Assembly: GCA_045805065.1 (NCBI GenBank)
Contig: JBJMMA010000064.1
Span: forward strand, 1-27,981
Direction: 5' to 3'
DNA from: Bdellovibrionia bacterium
Lineage (GTDB): Bacteria > Bdellovibrionota > UBA1018
DNA: 27,981 bases
Position numbers and translations under genes: made by a program. Positions 1 to 7,149 of the stretch are shown here, in pieces. The notes beneath the pieces are model-generated. The model saw only the letters and a list, made by a program, of their open reading frames with translations, was not told the DNA's origin and made no database searches. Each line of letters starts with the position of its first letter. The stretch's first letter is position 1.

Positions 1-87
1 AAGGGCTGTGGCCAATTCAGAAAGCTCATGAGCCAGGTAGTTTTGAATTTCTGCGATGACTTTCTTTTTTTCCATTTTTTGGTCCAT
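1..87 (-). CDS. 5' end of a gene running off the left edge (MDQKMEKKKVIAEIQNYLAHELSELATAL...), product unknown
   Basis: Manual translation: open frame from ATG at 87 (alternative ATG at 75) to position 1, purine-rich GGGGGAA upstream on the minus strand, divergent from the kinase. Not in the ORF track because it is truncated. Confidence 0.55.
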   Translation of the reverse strand, partial: MDQKMEKKKVIAEIQNYLAHELSELATAL

Positions 88-146
88 CTGCTTGTTCCCC
101 CGCCCGACAATAGCCTAAATCCAGCCAAAGTGGTACACACCTCAAT

Positions 147-1118
147 ATGATTCGCAAACGGCGCTGGCTCTGGATTGTTCTATTCATATTCGGGGCCGTT
201 CTCTGGATAACGCTCGCAACCGGCTGGAACGTCGTTATCGTTCGCGACTACCACCAGATGCTTTCACTTGCGAAATCATCGATGGGCAATGCCAATGTTG
301 AAACGGGTTGGGGCCCGTGGCCTATCGTGATTTTTGGCTGGTTGGGATTTGTCGCAGCGCTCGCAACTCTGATTCTCTTTTTTGCAAAAACGCTGAAAGA
401 AATGCAGCTGAACCAGCTGCAGGCAGAATTTCTTGCCACTGTAAGTCATGAGTTGAAGACCCCGATTGCATCCATTGAGCTCTCCTCCAGCCTTCTTCGA
501 GCCGGGGGAATCACCTCTGATGAAGCGGAGCGTCTTTGGACTTCGCATCAACAAGAGCTCAAGAGATTGAGAAGCGAAGTGGAAACGATTTTGGAAGCGG
601 CACGTTGGCAAGCCAATCCCATGCGCGCTCGCGCCGAACCTACGGATCTTGAAGCCTGGCTTTCTGGCAACTTGTCTCGTTGGCAGTCCATTTTAGGGAG
701 CGGCGCAAAACTCGCTCGAGAAGGAGACGCGCTTCCTCAGAACGTGAAAACTGATCCGCGAAGTCTCAATCTCATCATGGACAATCTTCTCGATAACGCC
801 CGCAAGTTCTCGCGAGGAGCGCCAGCCGTCACAATCCGCACCAGCTATGCTGCCGGAAAGGGCGCATTTTCCAAAGCGCTCTGGCAGATTGAAGTGCACG
901 ACCAGGGCTGGGGATTTGATCCGCAAGAATCGCAAAAGATCTTTCGCAGGTTCTTTCGCGCGCGCACCGATGCCCCCTACTCCATTCCAGGCACTGGCCT
1001 TGGACTTTATCTCGCAAGCTCTGCGTGCCGATCCTTGAAAATCAAGATCTCAGGCCACAGCGCGGGACTTGGCCAAGGTGCAGTGTTTACTCTTACTGGC
1101 CAAGTGGGGAATACTTAA
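147..1118 (+). CDS. Membrane-bound sensor histidine kinase (HisKA + HATPase_c)
   Basis: Two hydrophobic segments; H-box FLATVSHELKTP; N-box NLLDNARKF; D-box VHDQGWG; F-box IFRRFFR; G2 box GTGLGL. Confidence 0.95.
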   Translation: MIRKRRWLWIVLFIFGAVLWITLATGWNVVIVRDYHQMLSLAKSSMGNANVETGWGPWPIVIFGWLGFVAALATLILFFAKTLKEMQLNQLQAEFLATVSHELKTPIASIELSSSLLRAGGITSDEAERLWTSHQQELKRLRSEVETILEAARWQANPMRARAEPTDLEAWLSGNLSRWQSILGSGAKLAREGDALPQNVKTDPRSLNLIMDNLLDNARKFSRGAPAVTIRTSYAAGKGAFSKALWQIEVHDQGWGFDPQESQKIFRRFFRARTDAPYSIPGTGLGLYLASSACRSLKIKISGHSAGLGQGAVFTLTGQVGNT

Positions 1119-1120
1119 CG

Positions 1121-1822
1121 ATGGCTGGAGCATTTTCTTACGCACTTCTGGTTGAAGACGAGCGAAATCTGGGCGTTGCGCTTGAGATTGCGCTTCGAAA
1201 ACTCGGGATCCGCTCGGATCAGGCTCAAACCCTGACGCAGGCTCGGGAGTTTCTTGAGAATCCTGATTACTCTTACGATCTGGTCGTCCTCGACCGAAAT
1301 CTTCCAGACGGTGATGGTCTCTCACTTTGTGCGTGGCTGAGAAATGAAGGCTATACTGGAACGATTCTCATCCTGACTGCTGCGGGTGATATTGAAGATC
1401 GCGTGCTGGGATTGAACGAAGGAGCGGATGATTATCTTCCAAAGCCATTTTCCTGGGAAGAACTTGAGGCCCGCGTCCGAGCGCTCTCGCGTCGTCGCAT
1501 CCCACTCAACACAAAGCCCGGAAGAATGTCGCCGCCCATCCGTTGGGAAATCGATCACACGCGCCTGCGGATTCATGGTCCGAATGGCTGGATCGAGCTT
1601 ACACCGCTTGAGTTTAAACTTGCCACCAAGCTCATCGACGCCAAGGGCACCATTGTAAGCCGCGATGATCTCCTTAAGGATGTTTGGGGATTCACACTTC
1701 TTCCCAAAACCCGCACTGTGGATCACTTCTTAGGACGATTGAGAAAGCACTTTGAGAAAAACCCCGAGGAGCCAAGACACTTTCTCACGGTTCGAGGCGC
1801 GGGCTATCGTTTTGAGCCTTAG
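1121..1822 (+). CDS. OmpR/PhoB-family response regulator
   Basis: Receiver motifs LLVEDE, VVLDRNLPDGDG, ILTA, GADDYLPKPF; winged-helix tail LTPLEFKL...VWG...TRTVDHFLGRLRK...TVRGAGYRF. Start moved from 1025 to the ATG at 1121, 2 nt after the kinase stop. Confidence 0.95.
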   Translation: MAGAFSYALLVEDERNLGVALEIALRKLGIRSDQAQTLTQAREFLENPDYSYDLVVLDRNLPDGDGLSLCAWLRNEGYTGTILILTAAGDIEDRVLGLNEGADDYLPKPFSWEELEARVRALSRRRIPLNTKPGRMSPPIRWEIDHTRLRIHGPNGWIELTPLEFKLATKLIDAKGTIVSRDDLLKDVWGFTLLPKTRTVDHFLGRLRKHFEKNPEEPRHFLTVRGAGYRFEP

Positions 1823-1864
1823 AAGCCTTTAGTTTCAACAGCTTACATAATCAACCCTTGGTTT

Positions 1865-1893
1865 TTGACTATTTTAGTCAACATTGATAAAAC
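1865..1893 (+). promoter_or_regulatory. Perfect inverted repeat TTGACTA-TTT-TAGTCAA (1865-1881), overlapping a possible sigma70 promoter (TTGACT-17 nt-TAAAAC)
   Basis: Read directly in the AT-rich intergenic gap, 34 nt upstream of the GTG start at 1915. The -10 match is weak. Confidence 0.6.
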
Positions 1894-1914
1894 GCCTCCA
1901 CTTGGAGGTGCTTC

Positions 1915-3060
1915 GTGCCCCGCTCAAAACCTATTCTCATCTCTCTTTCTGCCTTGAGTTTGAGCCTCTGCGCTTTGGCACAGGCAGGAGATCCACCCGC
2001 ATCCGTGCGTTCATCCGCAGGTATCTATTTTTCTTCGCAGGTTCCGGATGAGCAGTTCCGAGTGATGGATCAAAACTTCAAGGAGATCGGCGATATCCCG
2101 ATCACAAAGCCTGACACCAAGCTCGCATCGATCATGCGACTGAAGGACTTTTCTCCTGCCTCTCTTTTGAGCTGGCTCAAAGAGCGCGTGCACTTTGTGA
2201 TTGAGGAGAGCTACGATAAGCGTCCTGATATTCTCAAGCAAGACTACATGGCTCCCAACTTTGGAGCGATTCCTGTGCAATTTGGCGGCACGGACGCAAT
2301 CAAAGCATCCCAAAGCAGCGACACTCGCGGGGCAGTCATTCTGACCAACGTTGGATCGATGCATTACATGACGGCAAAAAACGTCGGCTGGCTCATCTCC
2401 ATGTTCTTGCCCGGCATCGGTGACGTGACTCTGACCTCACCTCGCGCAGGCATCATCCAAATAGGTGGCGCCTACTTTGATGAAAGTGGCCTGGGCGTGA
2501 GTTCGGACTCAAGCGTTCACAACGCACGACGCACCCTTCAGCTGACCACGCTTTTTCACGAAGCTCGTCACTCCGACGGGCATGCTCTTCACTTGGGGTT
2601 CATGCACGCAATCTGCCCTCAGGGCCATCCGCTCGAAGGACTTGCGGCTTGCGATGCCAACCTCAACGGCGCCTATGCGCTTGAATCCCATCTGATCAAT
2701 TCCTTTAACCGCTCCTGCGAAAAATGCTCCTTGCGCGAGCATGAGCTTTTGCGAATGGCGGCGATTGATACCGCAAGCCGCGTGCAGGAAGAGATCGTTG
2801 ATCCAAAGAACGACCCGGTTGCTGTCCTGAAAAACACTCAGGTCCTGTCTTCCATGTGCAACCAGGTTTATGGCTTAGGGAATCAGGATTCGATTCCTGA
2901 AGATCTGGAGCGTGAGTGTCACAACGTTCCTAACTTGAGAAGAATCGCCCAGATGATCAAGCAGGGAAAATACAAAATCCCAACCATCGTCTCCACCGAA
3001 TGGGACCCTACTCCTGAAGGAACCTTTGATATCCATCAAGATGTCAAATGGCTTCAGTAG
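1915..3060 (+). CDS. Exported HExxH-motif putative zinc metalloprotein (paralog 1), family unknown
   Basis: GGAGG SD 6 nt before GTG; signal peptide ending AQA; LFHEARHSDGH at 2551-2583; aligns by eye along its length with 3659..4813. Confidence 0.8.
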   Translation: MPRSKPILISLSALSLSLCALAQAGDPPASVRSSAGIYFSSQVPDEQFRVMDQNFKEIGDIPITKPDTKLASIMRLKDFSPASLLSWLKERVHFVIEESYDKRPDILKQDYMAPNFGAIPVQFGGTDAIKASQSSDTRGAVILTNVGSMHYMTAKNVGWLISMFLPGIGDVTLTSPRAGIIQIGGAYFDESGLGVSSDSSVHNARRTLQLTTLFHEARHSDGHALHLGFMHAICPQGHPLEGLAACDANLNGAYALESHLINSFNRSCEKCSLREHELLRMAAIDTASRVQEEIVDPKNDPVAVLKNTQVLSSMCNQVYGLGNQDSIPEDLERECHNVPNLRRIAQMIKQGKYKIPTIVSTEWDPTPEGTFDIHQDVKWLQ

Positions 3061-3074
3061 GAGAAGGACATCCC

Positions 3075-3662
3075 ATGAAATTCCTCAAAGCGTCACTGCT
3101 GATCGTAGGCCTTCTGGCACTTGGGCTTGGCGCGCTTCTAAAAGATGAAAAGAAACCATCCAGTGATGAGTCGATTCATTTGCCATCGAGCTCTCAAATG
3201 GCTAATCCCTCACCTGCTGCTCGAGCGATCTCGCCTGGTAACAGCATGGCGGAAGACGACGAGGAAACGCTATCCAACAGTTTTGCAATGCTTGCGACTC
3301 GCACTCTTAAGAACCTGCCGACCAATGCCGATTTGAGAAAACTCACGGCAGAAGAAGTGCATCACACGCCAGCCCTTCTCATGCAAGCCGCTGGTGAGCT
3401 CGGAGATGTGGCTGAAGCGCTCGAAACACGACTCAAACAAGCGGAAAACAATCCCACTGAGAAAGCAGAAGCGATTCAGGATGGTATCACCTTTTATCAA
3501 GAATGCATGAACGGCCCTGAGCGCCCAAGCTCAGTGCGTGCCCTTTGTTATTCCCACTACCGGGAGCTCCGCGAGCTTTCCGGAAAGCCTGAAACTCAAG
3601 CCGAAGCGCAAAACGTTCCGGCAAACGTTCGATCCCTGGTGGATTTCCTGGCGGATCGATGA
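3075..3662 (+). CDS. N-terminally anchored, mostly helical hypothetical protein
   Basis: AGAAGGA SD before the ATG at 3075 (preferred over 3048); hydrophobic LLIVGLLALGLGALL, Ser/Pro-rich linker, helical-looking domain with EEVHHTP and two Cys; stop overlaps the next start (ATGA). Confidence 0.75.
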   Translation: MKFLKASLLIVGLLALGLGALLKDEKKPSSDESIHLPSSSQMANPSPAARAISPGNSMAEDDEETLSNSFAMLATRTLKNLPTNADLRKLTAEEVHHTPALLMQAAGELGDVAEALETRLKQAENNPTEKAEAIQDGITFYQECMNGPERPSSVRALCYSHYRELRELSGKPETQAEAQNVPANVRSLVDFLADR

Positions 3663-4813
3663 CCCAAGCTTTTCGTCGCTTCAACTCTGCCTTTTATGCC
3701 TTTGCCGCATCAAGCTTCGCGCTGGGCATTACGAGCTCCTATGCGATCACGCCTCATGCCCCAGTTTTAGGCATCGAGTTTGATGCCACGATTCCGAGCG
3801 ATCAATATGATCTCATGTCACGCGATCTTGAAGCGCTTCAGAAACTTGATCTGACTCATCCTGACTCCAAGCTCACGCAGGTGATGGGAGTTCAGGACAC
3901 TTCGACTCAATCACTCATGAAGTGGCTGACAGATCGGATTCACACTGTAGTGAGCGAGGACTTCAGTCCCGAATCGCAAACAGTGTCGAACCGAAAGTTC
4001 AGTCAGTTTCCCTATCCAAACGAGTTTTCAGTAGAAGGCACGATCACCTATTCTGAAGCTGAAGCTATCGAACCTCAACGTCCCGAAGTTCATTCAGTCA
4101 CAACCATGTCCAATCTTGGCTCTACCCTATACGCAAGATCCAAGCGCGCGCACTTGATCCGAACGATTTCAATTCCAGGGCTAGGAAACGTCACAATCAC
4201 TTCTCCACGCGTGGGTATCCTCAAAATTGGGCAGGGACTCTTTAATAAATACATCGCAGGCCTTGGCAATGAGCCAGGCCAATCCCAAGCGCGTGTAGCA
4301 CACCAGCTTGGGATCCTCTTTCATGAGGCTCGTCACAGCGATGGGCATGGAAAGAGCCTGGCCTTCAGTCATGTCATCTGTCCTCCTGAGCATCATTTCG
4401 CGGGAGCCGCCGCTTGCGACAGAAGCCTGAATGGACCCTACACCGTACAAGCTCATTTCCTGAACTCACTGGCTCGCTCGTGCACGGATTGCTCAAAGCG
4501 TGAGCTTGAGATGATTCGCATGCTCTCGGCAGACGCCATGAGCCGCGTGGTACCTGCCATTACAAAGACAGCTAAGTCCGATCCTGGCGGAAACATCGCT
4601 TATCAGCTCCGAGTCCTCACCCGAACGATCTATTTGTGCGAAACCTCATCGCAGATGGAATGGACAGCCCTCAACCCGACTCAGTCTTGTGACAATCTCG
4701 ATGCACTCAAGACACGTGTATCGCAGATCACCGCAGCTCATCCTGACATCGCACTGAACCGATCCCAGAACTGGGACGCTACCCCGGAGCGGATCACGTC
4801 TCCTTTGAAATAA
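3659..4813 (+). CDS. Exported HExxH-motif putative zinc metalloprotein (paralog 2), family unknown
   Basis: Signal-peptide-like N-terminus ending SYA; HEARHSDGH at 4322-4348; shares SPRxGI, CPxxH, ACD, LNGxY, CxxC and WDxTPE with 1915..3060. Confidence 0.8.
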   Translation: MTQAFRRFNSAFYAFAASSFALGITSSYAITPHAPVLGIEFDATIPSDQYDLMSRDLEALQKLDLTHPDSKLTQVMGVQDTSTQSLMKWLTDRIHTVVSEDFSPESQTVSNRKFSQFPYPNEFSVEGTITYSEAEAIEPQRPEVHSVTTMSNLGSTLYARSKRAHLIRTISIPGLGNVTITSPRVGILKIGQGLFNKYIAGLGNEPGQSQARVAHQLGILFHEARHSDGHGKSLAFSHVICPPEHHFAGAAACDRSLNGPYTVQAHFLNSLARSCTDCSKRELEMIRMLSADAMSRVVPAITKTAKSDPGGNIAYQLRVLTRTIYLCETSSQMEWTALNPTQSCDNLDALKTRVSQITAAHPDIALNRSQNWDATPERITSPLK

Positions 4814-4824
4814 TCACACGCTTA

Positions 4825-4880
4825 AAAATCAGAGAGGGACTCTTCCCGGGGTCATTCCCTGAAAGAGTCCCTCTGATTTT
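4825..4880. terminator. Probable bidirectional intrinsic terminator between convergent genes
   Basis: Long imperfect hairpin AAAATCAGAGAGGGACTCTT...AAGAGTCCCTCTGATTTT with A and T runs at the ends. Confidence 0.8.
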
Positions 4881-4923
4881 CTCACTCACCTTTGCACTCA
4901 GGTGTACTCAGGCTGTGCCTGAC

Positions 4924-6738
4924 TTAGGTTGCTCCGCCTGGTCCGCAGAAAGGACCCGTGCAACCGGTTGGGCTAGGCGACGGTTCGGGAGTGATCGTCA
5001 CCGTAGGACTTGGTGATGGTGATGGCTCTGGAGTCACCGTTACGGTTGGTGTTGGATCCGGAGTCACTGTCACGGTTGGCGTAGGTTCTGGACTTGGCGT
5101 AACCGTTACCGTAGGCGACGGAGATGGAGTCACCGTCACAGTCGGAGTAGGCTCAGGCGTTACCGTCACTGTAGGCGTAGGCTCTGGAGTTACGGTGACC
5201 GTTGGAGTTGGAGACGGAGTCACAGTCACTGTAGGCGTAGGCTCTGGAGTTACAGTCACAGTAGGGCTTGGCTCAGGCGTAACCGTTACTGTCGGACTTG
5301 GAGACGGAGTTACCGTAACCGTAGGGCTTGGTGATGGAGTGACGGTCACCGTTGGCGTTGGTGATGGAGTCACAGTCACCGTTGGGCTTGGAACTGGAAC
5401 TGGGCTCGTGCTAGGCGACGGAGATGGGCTCACCGTCGGGCTTGGGCTTGGAACAATTTGCTTCAAGCAGTATTGAATTTCAGCCAAGGGTTCAGGTGCC
5501 GTTTCGTCGAGCAAGTGAACGATATTGGACTGATCATCAAAGCTGAAGTCCACGATACGACCGAGATCCTGATCATCGGAGCCGTGACCGCTATTGGATT
5601 TCGATTTCGACTTCGAATTGGACTGGGATTTCGCATTGTAGCCTGGGACAAACTTGGATTTGTCATCGGCTTCACAATGACGGTTGGAGCCATTGTCGCC
5701 ATCTTCCTTATGGCAAGAGCAGCTCCCCTTACTGTCGTCGTCATCTGAGTGAACAGAAGAGCTACGAAGCGCAACCACGATCGAGTGTGGGTCCACTGGA
5801 CTGTTTGCCAGTTTGAAATCAACCGTTGGCTGCATCTTTTGAGAAGCGAACTGGCCAATCTGGGCCAGGCCTTCGTCGTAGTTGCCCTTGGCAATATCCA
5901 CGGAGACTCCGTGAGCCAGCTTGATGAGATCCATATAGCCGTAGCCATACTCATCTTCACCGCCGGTGTTCTTAGGAATCGTCGTGAGATCGTTGTAAAC
6001 CACACCGCTCACGATCAGAGGGCGACCATTTTGCAGAGTCTGAAGACGTTGATAAACAGAGTTCTGATCAACGCTTCTGCAATCTCTTTCAAAAGCGTCA
6101 GCTTCCATGCCGCTTGGGTCAGGCACGCGCTTCACGCCAGCAGGATATCTTGCGCAGATGTCGTTTTCGTCTGCGACAAAGACGACAGCGAGAGCTGCGT
6201 CCTTACGATAAAATCCCTGAGCACGAATCGCGTTGAGCTTTCCGTTTTCAATGGAGCGATAAACTGAGTAAAGGCCTTCTTCGCCACCACCGGAATAACG
6301 ATCATCCGGAGCCTCAACCATGTTCTCATACAGAGCTCTCCGGAGCTCCGACGCGCTCATGGTCTTAGGGCTCAGGACGTAAGGATTGTTCTTATATTTA
6401 TAAAGCGCGCCTGTGTAGGCTCCGCGACTGCCATGCGCAGGCATGACCGCGATCCGAAGATCGGTCTGCGGCGAAAGTTCGGACACGAAAGACTCAATGC
6501 CTTCCGCAAGACGGGCTTTCTTGTTGGTCATCGAGCCCGAGGTATCCACCACGAAAAGAAGGTCAAGCGCCTGAGTCGTCTGCGTTGATCTTGGGAACTC
6601 TTCCAAGAAGCATCCTTGAGGAAGCTGTGAACCTCCCGTACCATCCTTTGGAAGTTCGCATCCCAACAGCAGGCTGCTGGCGGTCATGAGCGCATACATC
6701 GCATTGCGAGTTGTTTTCTTCTTGGGTTGTTTTTTCAT
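4924..6738 (-). CDS. von Willebrand factor A (MIDAS) domain lipoprotein with a Pro/Thr-rich C-terminal stalk
   Basis: Basic N-terminus plus lipobox LLLGC; LDLLFVVDTSGSM (DxSxS); LAVVFVADEND; repeat region; terminal GCTGPFCG; GAGGA SD upstream. Confidence 0.85.
   Translation of the reverse strand: MKKQPKKKTTRNAMYALMTASSLLLGCELPKDGTGGSQLPQGCFLEEFPRSTQTTQALDLLFVVDTSGSMTNKKARLAEGIESFVSELSPQTDLRIAVMPAHGSRGAYTGALYKYKNNPYVLSPKTMSASELRRALYENMVEAPDDRYSGGGEEGLYSVYRSIENGKLNAIRAQGFYRKDAALAVVFVADENDICARYPAGVKRVPDPSGMEADAFERDCRSVDQNSVYQRLQTLQNGRPLIVSGVVYNDLTTIPKNTGGEDEYGYGYMDLIKLAHGVSVDIAKGNYDEGLAQIGQFASQKMQPTVDFKLANSPVDPHSIVVALRSSSVHSDDDDSKGSCSCHKEDGDNGSNRHCEADDKSKFVPGYNAKSQSNSKSKSKSNSGHGSDDQDLGRIVDFSFDDQSNIVHLLDETAPEPLAEIQYCLKQIVPSPSPTVSPSPSPSTSPVPVPSPTVTVTPSPTPTVTVTPSPSPTVTVTPSPSPTVTVTPEPSPTVTVTPEPTPTVTVTPSPTPTVTVTPEPTPTVTVTPEPTPTVTVTPSPSPTVTVTPSPEPTPTVTVTPDPTPTVTVTPEPSPSPSPTVTITPEPSPSPTGCTGPFCGPGGAT
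4966..5453 (-). repeat. Coding tandem repeat: 13 units of VT[VI]TP[SED]P..PT, mostly 10 aa / 30 bp, preceded by PSPSP runs
   Basis: Counted from the translation. DNA units differ at synonymous positions; one identical 29-bp stretch recurs at 5165-5193 and 5225-5253. Confidence 0.95.
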
Positions 6739-6759
6739 AGGTTCGTCCTCGGCTAACAG

Positions 6760-6865
6760 TAAACAAAACTAATCCCTGTTAAGATAAGTTAACCAAACTA
6801 GACTAGATTAGTCCACTAAATAAACTTAAGTTAACTTATTGAAATTTAACGGTAAATATAATGGA
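6760..6865 (-). promoter_or_regulatory. AT-rich upstream region of the vWA gene with several palindromes
   Basis: GACTA-GAT-TAGTC (6801-6813); TAAGTTAACTTA (6827-6838); ATAAGTTAAC (6784-6793) inverted against GTTAACTTAT (6830-6839). Confidence 0.55.
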
Positions 6866-6870
6866 AAGCT

Positions 6871-7149
6871 CTATCTCGAGTCTTTTAGATCGGGCATCGG
6901 GCCCAATTCCAAGGTATTTGCCTTGACCCAGCCCAGGGTGCCGTCCACGGTTCTCACCTTATAATAGCCTTCCGTGGGGTAATTGCTCGCGGTCACGTGC
7001 TGGCCCTTTTTGAGATACTGAAGGACCTCTGAGTTTTTTTGCGGACCACGAAGCATCTCGGTTTGATCCACATCAACAACCGCCGTGCGCGCCGCAAAGG
7101 CAGGAGCCATCGAGAAAAGCGCCAAAGCCCAAACCAGAAGTTTCTTCAT
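6871..7149 (-). CDS. Small exported bacterial SH3-domain protein
   Basis: Signal peptide ending AFA; LRGP...SEVLQYLKKGQHV...GYYKVRTVDGTLGWV fits the SH3b pattern. Confidence 0.8.
   Translation of the reverse strand: MKKLLVWALALFSMAPAFAARTAVVDVDQTEMLRGPQKNSEVLQYLKKGQHVTASNYPTEGYYKVRTVDGTLGWVKANTLELGPMPDLKDSR

Noticed and set aside
1025..1120. N-terminal extension of the response regulator in the ORF track
   Set aside because: Overlaps the kinase 3' end; the receiver domain starts right after the ATG at 1121.
4966..5453. 30-bp periodic repeats as a CRISPR array
   Set aside because: No unique spacers, variation is at synonymous positions inside a reading frame, and there are no cas genes.
4958..5476. 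Plus-strand ORF of GVTVTVG repeats
   Set aside because: Antisense shadow of the Pro/Thr codons of the vWA gene, which give no stops in this frame.
6843..6872. Possible dif (XerCD) site, minus strand ...TACCGTTAAAT
   Set aside because: Only partial match to the XerD arm TTATGTTAAAT and no credible XerC arm at 6-nt spacing.
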